Assembly: GCA_963835405.1 (NCBI GenBank)
Contig: CAWIFV010000010.1
Location: 15,150-79,149, forward strand
Direction of reading: 5' to 3'
DNA length: 64,000 nt
Origin: an uncultured Actinomycetota bacterium
Lineage (GTDB): Bacteria > Actinomycetota > Actinomycetes > JAFAQI01
Shown: piece after piece, positions 13,918 through 24,417 of the stretch
How the letters are laid out: each line of letters starts with the position of its first letter
How positions within the stretch are numbered: the stretch's first letter is position 1
Notes under the pieces: model-generated
The model's database searches: none
Seen by the model: only the letters and a program-made list of their open reading frames with translations
What the model was told of the DNA's origin: nothing
Position numbers and translations under genes: made by a program

Positions 13918-14444
13918 CTAACCGATCTGGACCGCGGTGCACTGCCAGCGTCCGGCGCGGTCCTCGATCCGCATCGCGATGGCCCGGCGCCGGTCGCCGG
14001 TGTCGACCACGGCGCTCACCTCCGCGACGCCGCCGGCGTGGCAGGCACAGATGCACGGAGGTGAGGCGCGGCTGCCGGCGCGTCGAGCCGGCCGGACCGC
14101 GCAACCGGCCGGCTCCCCGCTCGAGCTGATGGAGCACCTCCAGCGACGCGAAGCCGCTGAGCTGCGCCGCTCCGCGCGCGCCGGCGAGCACCTCGACGAC
14201 CGCCTCGGCGATCCGCCGGCTCCAGGCCCGCGGGTCCGGCAGCGGCGCGCCGCCGTCGCGGGGGACGCGGCACCGCCGGCGGCACCAGGCGCAGCGGCAT
14301 CCCGCCGTCGGCGTCCGGGGGGAAGGCCAGGGCGAGCGAGCCGCGGACGACGGGTGCCCGGTCGAGCGCCTCGTCGTCGTACGGCGGGTCGCTCGCGGGT
14401 GGCGGCAGCAGCCGCAGTCGCGGCGCGGTGGGGGCGGGCGTCAT
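13918..14444 (-). pseudogene. Rv3235-family protein, frame broken at least once
   Basis: The N-terminus MTPAPTAPRLRLLPPPASDPPYDDE starts at ATG 14444. The middle VVEVLAGARGAAQLSGFASLEVLHQLER lies in ORF 13904..14191. By own translation the C-terminus GGVAEVSAVVDTGDRRRAIAMRIEDRAGRWQCTAVQIG ends at TAG 13920-13918. Typical neighbour of secA in actinobacteria. Confidence 0.7.
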
Positions 14445-15089
14445 CGTGGTCTCCTCGGGTCGGGAGCCGGCGGCACCAGCCGCTGGCCGGGACGGATCAG
14501 GTCGGGGTCGGCGCCGATCACCGCACGGTTGGCCGCCCACCAGCGCGGCCAGGCGAGCGCGACGCGAGCCTCGGTGCCGGTCGGTCCCAGGGACCGGGCC
14601 GCGATGCCCACAGCGAGTCGCCGGCCCGGACCACCAGCGGGGTCGGCGACCGGCGATCGGCGGGTTCCCCACCCCGGGCCAGTCCAGCGAGGACACGTGC
14701 GGCCGGGGCCGGCCGGGTCCGTCGGCGGTGGCCGGTGCCGCGGTCGCGGTGACGACGGCGGTCGCGACGCCCACGCCCAGCGCGAGGCGTAACCGCCTGT
14801 GCAGGCCGGGCGGCAGCGGGGCGGCGACGACGCGGGCGGTCCGGCGGAGCCGGCCGCCGGCGCCGGCGAGGGCGACCGTGGCCACCACCGTCGCCAGGTA
14901 GCCGGCGAGCAGCCAGCCGGCCCACGCCGCGGCCGCGACGACCGCGGCGTCGGCCGCCCCGCCGTCCCAGCCGGCGGCCGGGTGGTGTTGGGCCAGCATC
15001 GCGAGGACGGCGAGCGAGGCCACGAGCGCTGCCGGGCGGCGGCATGCCGGCCGGCCGCCGGCGCGGACATTCGGTGGGGGTTCGGCCAC
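14441..15089 (-). pseudogene. membrane protein with C-terminal LysM domain, at least 2 frame breaks
   Basis: The TM-rich N-terminus lies in the frame of ORF 14016..15215. The LysM-like C-terminus (VVRAGDSLWA / IAARSLGPTGTEARVALAWPRWWAANRAVIGADPDLIRPGQRLVPP) is spread over ORFs 14518..15045 and 14441..15115. The start is uncertain. Confidence 0.5.
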
Positions 15090-15227
15090 AGGTGCCTGCC
15101 TACACTTTCCGGCATTTGGGGTCAATACTATGCGTTTGCCTGTGTTTACCTCGGTTAGCGCGGCGCAGGCGATCCGGTCGGTGCGGCGCCCTCGGTGGGC
15201 AGAGAAGATCGCCATCCCGTAGAAATA

Positions 15228-15262
15228 TCTACTCTCCGTAGGAATATTTGACAGAGAGTAGA
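15228..15262. promoter_or_regulatory. 9-bp inverted repeat (TCTACTCTC N17 GAGAGTAGA) in an AT-rich promoter region, candidate operator
   Basis: Read directly: arms at 15228-15236 and 15254-15262. The spacer contains a perfect TTGACA (15248-15253). It sits immediately upstream of the wHTH-nucleotidyltransferase gene. Confidence 0.4.
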
Positions 15263-15274
15263 GAGAGTTTCACC

Positions 15275-15922
15275 ATGACGGTCATGGACCTCGCCTCGCC
15301 GCTGCGCAGCATCGCGCCCGGGCTGGACTCGGCCGTCCTGCAGGTGCTGGCGGGTACTGAGTCAGGACTCGGTGCCTCACAGATCGCGCGGCTGGCACCG
15401 CGCGGCACTCGAGTCGGGCAACTGCCGGTTCTGAACAGACTGGTCGAGCACGGCCTGGTCATCGCCGATCCGTCCAACCGCGGCTTCCTGTATCGGCTGA
15501 ACCGGGATCACGTACTCGCCGAAGCTGTGCTGGTCGCGGCGCGCGCTCGTGCCACGCTGCTGCAGCGGATGGCCGAGCGCGCGGCGGCGTTGCAGCCCGA
15601 AGCGGTTCACGCGTCGGTCTTCGGATCGTTCGCACGCGGCGACGCCGGACCGGACAGCGACATCGACGTACTGATCATCACCCGGCCCGGGGCCGCCCGG
15701 GACGACGAGTGGGCGGAGCGGGTGCGAACGCTCGCGGACGACGTCTTGGCCTGGACGGGCAATCGGATGGAGCACGTGACTGTCACACTCCAGCGACTGC
15801 ACGACATCGCTGCGGCCGGCGAACCGATCGTCGCTGCCTGGCTGGACGAGGCCTATGTCCTGCACGGACCAAGCCTGGACGCGCTGATTCGCCCGCTCGC
15901 CACGACCGGCTCCACGAAGTGA
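15275..15922 (+). CDS. wHTH + minimal nucleotidyltransferase (MNT/MntA-like antitoxin-type protein)
   Basis: ORF 15248..15922 has the NTase motif GSFARGDAGPDSDIDVLI and an N-terminal winged-helix-like segment. ATG 15275 with an upstream GAGAGAG is preferred over TTG 15248. There is a 1-nt stop/start overlap with the next gene. Confidence 0.7.
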   Translation: MTVMDLASPLRSIAPGLDSAVLQVLAGTESGLGASQIARLAPRGTRVGQLPVLNRLVEHGLVIADPSNRGFLYRLNRDHVLAEAVLVAARARATLLQRMAERAAALQPEAVHASVFGSFARGDAGPDSDIDVLIITRPGAARDDEWAERVRTLADDVLAWTGNRMEHVTVTLQRLHDIAAAGEPIVAAWLDEAYVLHGPSLDALIRPLATTGSTK

Positions 15923-16320
15923 TGAGCCCGAGGAAACTGGTCACGCGGCGGGCCGACTCCGGGCAGGCTCGGGCTCGTCGCACGATTGCGCAGAAGTATC
16001 TCGAGGTCGCCGATCTGGTTGCCACCGAGGACGGCACGGCCATCAACGTCTGCGTCGGTTTGGCGGTACTCGCCGGCATCGCGGCCGGAGACGCAATCTG
16101 TATCAGCGCGACGGGAGAACGCTACGCCGGGCAGGACCACATGGCCGCCGCGGAGTTGCTCGAAAGGGTCGACAGCGCACTTGGTAGCCGGCTGCGTCAG
16201 CTGGTCGAGCTCAAACCGGGCAGCCACTACGGTGAGCAGCTGCTCGACGCTGATGACCGGAAGACCGCGTTGCGAGCCACCCAAGCTCTCGTTCGCGCGG
16301 CCACTGAGCGCACCTTCTGA
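15922..16320 (+). CDS. small all-helical HEPN-like protein (putative HepT-type partner of the MNT)
   Basis: In-frame ATG 15922 within ORF 15709..16320, 132 aa. Helical, with AQKYLEVADLV...LAVLAGIAAGDAICI...LRQLVELKPGSHYG. The pairing and order (MNT then HEPN) are typical. A canonical Rx4-6H motif is not obvious. Confidence 0.5.
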   Translation: MSPRKLVTRRADSGQARARRTIAQKYLEVADLVATEDGTAINVCVGLAVLAGIAAGDAICISATGERYAGQDHMAAAELLERVDSALGSRLRQLVELKPGSHYGEQLLDADDRKTALRATQALVRAATERTF

Positions 16321-16437
16321 GCCGTGATCGGGCTGACGCACCCTGCCGACGTCCGGGCAGCCCCTCCGCAACTCGAAGAATCCGGCGACTGCGCACACAG
16401 ACCGGGTGCGACCCATGCCGGGTGCGAGACTCCCGCT

Positions 16438-16986
16438 GTGCGCTGGCAGGCCCTCTTCGCCGACCTCGAGGCCCAGCTCGCCTCGGCCCGGCAGGCCGAG
16501 CTCGAGGGCGAGGTCGCCGACCGCAGCCGGCGTGAGGTGGCGGCGCTGCGGTTGGCCGACCGGTTGCGCGCCGCGCGCGGGGTCCCGCTCACGTTCGGGG
16601 TGCCCGGGCTGGGAAGCCTGCCCGGGCGGGTGGCCGCGGTGGGTGCCGACTGGCTGCTCGTCGGCGCGGCACCCGCAGACGTGCTCGTGCCCCTCGCGGC
16701 CGTGGCGTGGGTCGGCGGGCTGCCCGCCGATGCGGCGCCGGGGGCGGCACCGGCGGTGATGAGCCGGCTCGGCCTCGGCTATGCCCTGCGCGGCATCTCC
16801 CGCGACCGTTCGGCGGTGACCCTCGTCCTGCGCGACGGCGCCCGGCTGGCGGGCACGATCGACCGGGTCGGCGCCGACTTCCTCGACCTGGCCGAGCACC
16901 CGCCCGACGAGCCACGCCGCCATGACGTGGTGGTCGCGGTGCGGACCGTGCCCTTCGCCGGGCTGGCGGCCGTCCGGCCGGCCTGA
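16438..16986 (+). CDS. conserved hypothetical protein
   Basis: GTG 16438 within ORF 16324..16986 gives VRWQALFADLEAQLASARQAELEGEVADRSRRE... Coding-like composition; no domain recognised. Confidence 0.5.
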   Translation: MRWQALFADLEAQLASARQAELEGEVADRSRREVAALRLADRLRAARGVPLTFGVPGLGSLPGRVAAVGADWLLVGAAPADVLVPLAAVAWVGGLPADAAPGAAPAVMSRLGLGYALRGISRDRSAVTLVLRDGARLAGTIDRVGADFLDLAEHPPDEPRRHDVVVAVRTVPFAGLAAVRPA

Positions 16987-16995
16987 CCGGGGTCG

Positions 16996-17250
16996 CTACT
17001 CCTCGTCCTCGCCGCGGCCGTAGGGGTGGCTCGCGACGAACTGCTTCGTCTCGTCGTACGCCCGCTGGATGTAGGCCTCGAGCTGGTCCGCCTCGACCCG
17101 CCACTGCCCGCGGCCGCCGACCTTGATCGCGGGCAGCGAGCCGTTGCGCACCAGGGCGTAGGCCTGCGCCGCCGAGATGTTGAGGATCTCCGCGACGTCG
17201 GCGAGCTGCAGGAAGCGCGGGCGCCGCGCCGCCGGGTCGGACTCGGTCAT
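16996..17250 (-). CDS. excisionase/MerR-like helix-turn-helix DNA-binding protein
   Basis: ORF 16996..17340. The likely start is ATG 17250 (MTESDPAARRPRFLQLADVAEILNISAAQAYALVRNGSLPAIKVGGRGQWRV). Divergent from the SAF/CpaB-like gene. Confidence 0.7.
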   Translation of the reverse strand: MTESDPAARRPRFLQLADVAEILNISAAQAYALVRNGSLPAIKVGGRGQWRVEADQLEAYIQRAYDETKQFVASHPYGRGEDEE

Positions 17251-17384
17251 CACCGCCCAGTGTGGCATCGGCCGCGGCGCCGTGGTCGGACCGGCGGCAC
17301 CTGTGGACAACCGCCGCGCGGCAGGAATCCGGTCGGCCACGATGAACTCCCTTCCCCGCCGTACCGGATCACGAGGAGGCGTAC

Positions 17385-18056
17385 GTGACGGACCTCGCCT
17401 CGCCGCGCGCGGTGCGGCTGAGCACCCCCCGCTGGCTCGACGCCCGGCTCGCCGTCGGCGTGCTGCTCGTGCTCGTCGCCGTCGTCGCCGGAGCCCGGGT
17501 GTTCGCCGCCGCCGACGACTACACCCGGGTCTACGTCGCGGCCCACGACCTGGCGCCCGGCCACCACGTCACCGCCGACGACCTCGCCGTCGGGCGGGTC
17601 CGGCTGACCGGCGGGCTGAGCCGTTACGTCGCCGCCGGGCCGGCCCTGCCGGTCGGTTACGTCGTCACCCGGTTCGTCGGCGCGCACGAGCTGCTGCCCG
17701 CGGCCGCGCTCGCCGGCGGGCAGGCGCCGGCCCGGACCCGGCTCGTCACCGTCCCGGTCCAGGCCGGGCATCTGGCCGACGCGCTGGTGCCGGGCGACCT
17801 CGTCGACGTCTACCTCACGCCCAAGGTGGGCGCGGGTGAGCCGGTCCCGGCGCCGACGCTCGTCGTCGCCGGCGTACCGGTCGAGTCGCGGTCGGGCGGG
17901 CAGCGTGGTCTCGGCGGCGCGGCCACGACGGCGGTGGTGCTCTCGGTGCCCGTCGCCGAGGTCGTCACCCTCGTCCATGCCGTCGAGAGCGGCAGCCTCG
18001 ACCTCGTGTCGGTGCCGGCGGCGGTCGCCGCGGCCGAGCCGGCGGCGCAGCCGTGA
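17385..18056 (+). CDS. SAF-domain / CpaB-like Flp pilus assembly protein
   Basis: ORF 17385..18056 has an N-terminal TM segment and a SAF-like region (VYVAAHDLAPGHHVTADDLAVGRV). Followed by a CpaE-like ATPase with a start/stop overlap. Confidence 0.65.
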   Translation: MTDLASPRAVRLSTPRWLDARLAVGVLLVLVAVVAGARVFAAADDYTRVYVAAHDLAPGHHVTADDLAVGRVRLTGGLSRYVAAGPALPVGYVVTRFVGAHELLPAAALAGGQAPARTRLVTVPVQAGHLADALVPGDLVDVYLTPKVGAGEPVPAPTLVVAGVPVESRSGGQRGLGGAATTAVVLSVPVAEVVTLVHAVESGSLDLVSVPAAVAAAEPAAQP

Positions 18057-19366
18057 GCGTCCCCGTGCTGACCGCGGTCGGCGACCCGCGCCGGGAGTCC
18101 GATCTCATGGCCGCCCTCGGCCGCCCGGTCGAGGGCGTCGAGGTCGTCCGCCGCTGCGTCGACCTCGCCGACCTGCTCGCGGCGGCCGCCGCCGGGCTCG
18201 GCCGCGCGGCGCTGCTCTCGGCCGACCTGCGGCAGCTCGACCGCGAGGCGCTGACCCGGCTGGCCGTCGCGGGCGTCGCCGTCGTCGGGCTGGTGCCGGG
18301 TGGCGACGAGCAGGCGGAGCGGCGGCTGCGGCAGCTCGGCGTCGTCCATCTCGTACGCGACGACGTGGAGCCGGGCGAGCTCGGCGCAGCGGTGCGGGTG
18401 GCGGTCGGCTCGACCCCGGTCCCGGCCGGGTTCGCGGTCGGTGACCCGCGGTCGGCCCTGCCCCGGCCACCGGCACCCGCCGACGGCCGCATCGACGGTC
18501 CTGGCGGTGACGTCGCGGCGGCGGCCGGTCGCGTCGTCGCCGTGTGGGGGCCGACCGGTGCGCCCGGCCGCACGTCGGTCGCCATCGGGCTGGCCGCCGA
18601 GCTCGCCGCCGCCGGCGTGCCGGCGTTGCTCGTCGACGCCGACACCTACGGCGGGTCGGTGGCGCAGCTCCTGGGGCTGCTCGACGAGGCGCCCGGGGTT
18701 GCGGCCGCCTGCCGGCTGGCGAACAACGGCTCCCTCGACGCGACCGGCCTGGCCGAGCTCGCCCTGCAGGTGCGGCCGGGCCTGCGCGTGCTCACCGGCA
18801 TCACCCGCCCGGACCGCTGGCCCGAGCTGCGGCCCAGCGGGCTCGATGTCGTCCTCGGCCTGGCGCGCTCGCTCGCCGCAGTGACCGTCGTCGACTGCGG
18901 CTTCTGTCTCGAGCGCGACGAGGAGCTGTCCTTCGACACGGCGGCGCCGCGCCGCAACGGAGCCACCCTCACGGCGATCGCGGCCGCCGACACCGTCGTC
19001 GCCGTCGCGGCCGCCGACCCGGTGGGGCTGCAGCGGTTCGTCCGCGCCCTGGGCGACCTCGCCGACGCCGTCCCGGGCGTCTCGCCGCTGCCCGTGGTCA
19101 ACCGGGTCCGGCCGGCCGTCGTCGGCGGGGGTGACGCCGAGCGCGAGATCGCCGCCGCCCTGTCGCGCTACGCCGGCCTCGATCCCCTCCACTTCGTCCC
19201 GCTCGACGTGACCGCGTTCGACGCGGCGGTGGCCGCCGGCCGCACCCTGCCCGAGATCGCGCCGTCCTCATCCGCCCGCCTGGCCCTGCGGGCGCTGGCC
19301 GCCGCGGTCACCGGCGACCCCGTCCCGGACCGGCCGCGCCGCCGGCTGCTGCCCCTCCGCCGCTGA
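18053..19366 (+). CDS. CpaE/TadZ-like ParA/MinD-family ATPase (Ssd-like)
   Basis: ORF 18053..19366 has a receiver-like N-terminal region and a deviant Walker A ([25 protein letters not shown]). Confidence 0.75.
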   Translation: MSVPVLTAVGDPRRESDLMAALGRPVEGVEVVRRCVDLADLLAAAAAGLGRAALLSADLRQLDREALTRLAVAGVAVVGLVPGGDEQAERRLRQLGVVHLVRDDVEPGELGAAVRVAVGSTPVPAGFAVGDPRSALPRPPAPADGRIDGPGGDVAAAAGRVVAVWGPTGAPGRTSVAIGLAAELAAAGVPALLVDADTYGGSVAQLLGLLDEAPGVAAACRLANNGSLDATGLAELALQVRPGLRVLTGITRPDRWPELRPSGLDVVLGLARSLAAVTVVDCGFCLERDEELSFDTAAPRRNGATLTAIAAADTVVAVAAADPVGLQRFVRALGDLADAVPGVSPLPVVNRVRPAVVGGGDAEREIAAALSRYAGLDPLHFVPLDVTAFDAAVAAGRTLPEIAPSSSARLALRALAAAVTGDPVPDRPRRRLLPLRR

Positions 19367-19432
19367 CCCGAGGGAGGTCGCGCAGCGGGTGGTTCCCGCG
19401 GCGCCCGGCCCCACCACGCTTCGGAAGGGTTG

Positions 19433-20645
19433 CTACTGCTGCACGTACCGACCGAGCTCCATGCGCGCCACCGACCGCAGGTGCACCGCGTCCGGTCCGT
19501 CGGCGATCCGCAGCGTGCGCGCGTGGGCGTACATGCTGGCGAGCGGGAAGTCGTCGGACACCCCGGCGCCGCCGTGCACCTGGATCGCCCGGTCGAGCAC
19601 CTCGCAGCAGACCCGCGGCGCGACGACCTTGATCGCGGCGATCTCCGAGCGCGCGCCCTTCGCGCCGACGTTGTCGATGAGCCACGCGGTCTTGAGCGTC
19701 AGCAGCCGGGCCTGCTCGATCTCCATGCGTGACTCGGCGATCTGCTCGCGCACGACGCCCTGCTCCGCGAGCGTGCGACCGAACGCCACCCGGGAGACGG
19801 CGCGGCGGCACATCAGCTCGAGTGCGCGCTCGGCGACGCCGATGGCGCGCATGCAGTGGTGGATGCGGCCGGGCCCCAGCCGGGCCTGGGCGATGGCGAA
19901 CCCGCCGCCCTCCTCGCCGATGAGGTTGGTGGCGGGCACGCGGACGTCGTCGAAGCGCACCTCGCAGTGACCGTGCTGGTCGAGGTAGCCGAACACGGGC
20001 AGGTTGCGGACGACGGTCACCCCCGGGGTGTCCCGCGGCACCGAGGATCTGGGACTGCTGGCGGTGCACCGGGGCGTCCGGGTCCGTCTTGCCCATGAGG
20101 ATGAAGACCTTGCAGCGGGGGTCGGCGGCCCCGCTGGTCCACCACTTTCGGCCGTTGATGACGTAGTCGTCACCGTCCCGGGTGATCTGCGTCGAGATGT
20201 TGGTGGCGTCCGACGACGCGACGTCGGGCTCGGTCATCGCGAATGCGGACCGGATCTCGCCGTCGAGCAGCGGCTGCAGCCACCGCTCCTTCTGCTCGGC
20301 GGTGCCGAACATGTGCAGCACTTCCATGTTCCCGGTGTCGGGTGCGGCGCAGTTCGTCGCCTCCGGCGCGAGGTTGGCCGACCGGCCCATGATCTCGGCC
20401 AGGTGGGCGTAGTCGACGTTGGACAGCCCGGAGACCGCCGGGAGGAACAGGTTCCACAGCCCGCGGCTGCGCGCCTCGGCCTTCAGCTCCTGGACGACCG
20501 GCGGGACCTCGTCGCCGCGCCCGGAGGCGAGCATCTCCCGACGCTGCTCGGCGTAGACGCGCTCGCCGGGGTAGACGTGCGCGTCCATGAAGTCCTCGAG
20601 CCGCTTGATGTAGTCCTGCGCGGTCGCGGACGGGGCGAAGTCCAC
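19433..20645 (-). pseudogene. acyl-CoA dehydrogenase, one frame break near 20045
   Basis: The N-terminal half lies in ORF 19308..20645 ([28 protein letters not shown]). The C-terminal half lies in ORF 19433..20173 ([36 protein letters not shown]). Confidence 0.85.
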
Positions 20646-20760
20646 GGCGTACCTCCCGGATCTCGGTCGCGGCTCGACGGAGCCCTGGCGTCACAGTCTT
20701 CACCTTCGCCCCGGCCCGGTGCGCACAGACCTCGGCGCCCGGTCGCTATCGTCGCCAGCC

Positions 20761-21315
20761 GTGACGATTCCCGGGCGCGGCGACCTGGCCCCGGCGCGCC
20801 GCCAGCACCGGCGCCGCCGGTGGCCGCGGGTCCTGGCGCTGCTCCTCGTGCTCGGCGTCCTCGGCGCCGCCGGGTGGGAGGCCTACCGGCTCTGGGTCGA
20901 GGACACCTCGCAGTCTCGCGTCGCGGCACCGTGCGTCACGCCGACACCCCCGCCGGTCCCCGCGGCCGCCGACGAGGTCCGGGTGCGGGTCCTCAACGGG
21001 ACCCGGCGGCCGGGTCTGGCCCACGACGTCGCGACCCGGCTCCGGCACCGGGGGTTCGCCGTCCGCAAGGTCGGCAACAACCCGCAGCGGACGGCGCGGA
21101 CGACCGTCACCTACCCCGCCGGCGTGCTCGCGGCGGGGCTCGCCGTGGCCGAGCAGCTGCCGGCGGCCGAGCTCACCGCCGGGTCGGGCCGGCTCGTCGA
21201 CCTGGTGCTCGGCCGCGACTTCCACCGGCTGGCCACCCGCAAGGAGGCCGCCGCCCGGCGGGCGCAGGACGAACGCGCGGCCTCGCCGTCACCCCCGGCG
21301 TGCGCGGCTTCGTAG
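20761..21315 (+). CDS. LytR C-terminal domain-containing membrane protein
   Basis: ORF 20719..21315 has a TM segment (VLALLLVLGVLGAAGW) followed by VRVRVLNGTRRPGLAHDVATRLRHRGFAV. The likely start is GTG 20761. Confidence 0.6.
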   Translation: MTIPGRGDLAPARRQHRRRRWPRVLALLLVLGVLGAAGWEAYRLWVEDTSQSRVAAPCVTPTPPPVPAAADEVRVRVLNGTRRPGLAHDVATRLRHRGFAVRKVGNNPQRTARTTVTYPAGVLAAGLAVAEQLPAAELTAGSGRLVDLVLGRDFHRLATRKEAAARRAQDERAASPSPPACAAS

Positions 21316-21325
21316 GCTGGCGGTC

Positions 21326-21988
21326 GTGTCCGACCTCCGCGCGCTGGTCATCGACTACGGCGGCGTGCTCACCAGTCCGCTGCAGGACGCGATGGCGTCG
21401 TGGTGCGAGGACGACGAGATCGATCTCGCGGCGTTCCGCCGGGTGATGCGGGAGTGGCTGGGGCCGTCGTACGGCGCGGAGGCCGGCGTCAACCCGGCCC
21501 ACGCGCTCGAGCGGGGAGAGATCGCGATCCCCGACTTCGAGCGGGAGCTCGCCGCCCGGCTCACCACCCACGACGGCCGCCCGGTCGAGCCGGAGGGGCT
21601 GCTCCAGCGCATGTTCGCGGGGTTCCGGCGCGAGCAGCCCATGTTCGACGTGGTCCGCCGGGCGAGGCAGCAGGGGCTGCGGACCGCCCTGCTGTCCAAC
21701 TCCTGGGGCATGGACTACCCCCGGCACGAGTGGGACGAGGTGTTCGACGCGGTCGTCATCTCCGGCGAGGTCGGCATGCGCAAGCCCGAGCCGGCGATCT
21801 ACCGGCACGCCGCCCGGCTGGTCGACGTCGAACCCGAGGGGTGCGTGTTCGTCGACGACCTCGGGCCCAACGTCGAGGGCGCGGTCGCCGTCGGCATGGT
21901 CGGGGTCCGGTTCGTGAGCCCGGTGCAGGCCACCGACGAGCTCGAGACGCTGTTCGGCCTCCCGCTGCGCGCGGCGGCCGACGTATGA
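21326..21988 (+). CDS. HAD-superfamily hydrolase (subfamily IA-like)
   Basis: ORF 21326..21988 has motif I LVIDYGGVL and a motif IV-like VFVDDLGPNVEGA. Confidence 0.75.
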   Translation: MSDLRALVIDYGGVLTSPLQDAMASWCEDDEIDLAAFRRVMREWLGPSYGAEAGVNPAHALERGEIAIPDFERELAARLTTHDGRPVEPEGLLQRMFAGFRREQPMFDVVRRARQQGLRTALLSNSWGMDYPRHEWDEVFDAVVISGEVGMRKPEPAIYRHAARLVDVEPEGCVFVDDLGPNVEGAVAVGMVGVRFVSPVQATDELETLFGLPLRAAADV

Positions 21989-21998
21989 GGAGGTGGGC

Positions 21999-23414
21999 GT
22001 GAGCGACCGGCTGTCCGCGCTCGACGTCTCGTTCCTCTACCTGGAGAGCCCGACCACGGCCATGCACGTGGGCAGCGTGGCCATCTGCGAACCGTCCGCC
22101 GGGACCGCCACGGAGGGCTTCGACTACGAGGCGCTGTGCGAGCTGGTCGCGCGGCGCATCGCCCTGGTGCCGCGCTACCGGCAGAAGGTGCGCTGGGTTC
22201 CGGGCCGGCTCGCGAACCCGGTCTGGGTCGACGACGAGGACTTCGACATCTCCTACCACGTCCGGCGCAGCGCGCTGCCCCGGCCGGGCAGCGTCGACCA
22301 GCTCCGCGAGCTGGTCGGCCGGATGCAGTCGCGGCGGCTGGACCGCGACCGGCCGCTGTGGGAGATCTACCTCGTCGAGGGACTCGACGACGGGCGGTTC
22401 GCGATCCTCACGAAGACCCACCACGCGATGGTCGACGGCGATCGCCGCGATCGACATCGGCACGCTGATCCTCGACCCGAGCGCCGACGCCGCGCGAGAT
22501 CGCCGGACGACGGCTGGGTCCCGCGGGCCGAGCCGTCGGCCGCCCGAGCTCGTGCGGGCGCGGTGAAGGACAACCTCACCGCGCCCGACCCAGGTCGCTC
22601 GACACCGTCCGGGCCGAGGTCGCCGACGTCCGCGCCATCGGCGAGCGCGTCGCCGGTGCGGTCGGCGGGCCTGCTCGCCGCGGCCCGGACCTCGCTGCGC
22701 CCGGCGCCGGAGAGCCCGCTCAACGCCCGCGATCGGCGAGCAGCGCCGCTACGGGATGGCCGCGCACCGAGCTCGACGACTACAAGCGGGTGCGCAAGGC
22801 GCACGGCGGCACCGTCAACGACGTCGTGCTCGCCACCGTCGCCGGCGCGCTGCGCGTGTGGCTGCTGACCCGGGGCGAGTCGGTCACGCCGACGTCGATG
22901 GTCCGGGCGATGGTGCCGGTGAGCGTGCGCACCGAGGAGCGACGTCGGGAGCGCTCGGCAACCGGGTGTCGTCGTAGTTCGTCGACCTGCCGGTCGGCGA
23001 GGCCAGCCCGGTGGTGCGGCTGCACCGGGTCTCCTACGCCATGAAGGCGCACAAGGAGTCCGGCCAGTCGGTCGCGGCGGACGCGTTGGCCGCCTTGTCC
23101 GGGTTCGCGCCGCCGACGATCCACTCCGCTGCGGCGCGGCTGGCCTCCGGGTTCAGCCGGCGGCTGTTCAATGTGGTGGTGACCAACGTGCCGGGACCGC
23201 AGTTCCCGCTCTACGCCGCGGGCGCGCAGATGCTCGAGTGCTATCCCGGTCGTCCCGCTCGGCAAGGGGCAGGCGGTGTCGATCGGGCTGACGTCGTACG
23301 ACGGCGGGGTCTACTACGGCCTCAACGCCGACCGGGACGCGATGCCCGACGTCGATGTGCTCGCCCAGTGTCTCGAGGAGTCCCTCGCCGAGCTCGTCGG
23401 GACGTTGGCGATGA
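21999..23414 (+). pseudogene. wax ester synthase/diacylglycerol acyltransferase (WS/DGAT), multiple frame breaks plus an in-frame TAG at 22975-22977
   Basis: The N-terminus has the catalytic HHAMVDG motif (ORF 21993..22868). Later parts lie in ORFs 22756..22977, 22790..23044, 23011.. and 23276..23491 (NDVVLATVAGALR, NVVVTNVPGPQFPLY, SIGLTSYDGGVYYGLNADRD). ...GNRVSS-TAG-FVDLPVGEA is contiguous in one frame. Confidence 0.8.
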
Positions 23415-24403
23415 GCCGGGACGCCGGAGCGCCGGCCGCGCCGCGGCGCTCGTCCTCGGTGGCGGCGGGGTGCTCGGCGCCGCCTGGATGATCGGCGCGC
23501 TGCGCCGCGGTGGAGGAGGTCCTCGACTGGGACCCCCGCGAGGCGGACGTGCTGGTCGGGACCTCCGCCGGCTCGGTGCTGGCCGGCCTGCTGGGCTGCG
23601 GCATCGGCGTGGAGACGCTCGTCAGACCACCAGCGCGGCGTGCCGGGTCCCGGGCGACCCGCGGATCGACTTCGACCACGACACCGCCAGCGGCGGTCCG
23701 CTGCCGCCCCGGCCGCGGCTGCGGCTCGGCTCGACCGCGCTGCTCGCCCGGGCGGCGCGCAACCCCCGCAGGCTGCCGCCGCTGGCGGCGCTGTCCGGCC
23801 TGCTGCCGCGCGGGCGCGGACCGGCTGGACGCCGGTCGGGCGCTGGTCGACGGCGGTCAACCCGGCGCGGCGGCTGGGCCCCGCACCCGGCGACCTGGAT
23901 CGTGACGATGGACTACGAGAGCGGGCAGGCGGGTGGCGTTCGGCCGCGACGAGGCGCCGCGAGGCCTCCCTGGCCGACGCGGTGCGTCGCGTCCTGCGCG
24001 ATCCCGGGGTGGTACGCCCCGGTCGTCATCGGCGGCCGGCGCTACGTCGACGGCGGGGACGTGCTCGCCGACCTCGCTCGACCTGGTCGCGGCGCTGGGC
24101 TCGGACGAGGTCGTCGTGCTCGCGCCGATGGCGTCGTTCGAGCTACGACGACGCCGCCGACGGTGGTCGGCCGGCTCGAGCGGCGGTTCCGCCGGGCGAT
24201 CGACGCGGCGCATGCTGCACGAGGCGGGCAAGGTCCGCCGCAGCGGGACGACGGTGACGATCCTCGGCCCGGGCCGGGAGGACCTCGCCGCCATCGGGGT
24301 CAACCTCATGGACCACCGCCGCCGGCCAGGACGTGCTTCGAGACCTCGCTGCGGACCTCGGCGGTGGCGCTGGCGCGCCGCCGAGCAGCTCCCCGCCGCC
24401 TGA
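23411..24403 (+). pseudogene. patatin-like phospholipase, many frame breaks
   Basis: The glycine loop LVLGGGGVLGAAW and the nucleophile elbow GTSAGS (ORF 23510..23905), plus a DGG-type motif (YVDGGD), are scattered over three frames. Confidence 0.7.
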
Positions 24404-24417
24404 GCCGACGGTTGCCG

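Noticed and set aside
15248-15274. TTG 15248 as the start of the nucleotidyltransferase gene (as given by the ORF track)
   Set aside because: The TTG lies inside the TTGACA/inverted-repeat promoter-like region. ATG 15275 has a purine-rich GAGAGAG just upstream and gives a sensible N-terminus. The longer form cannot be excluded.
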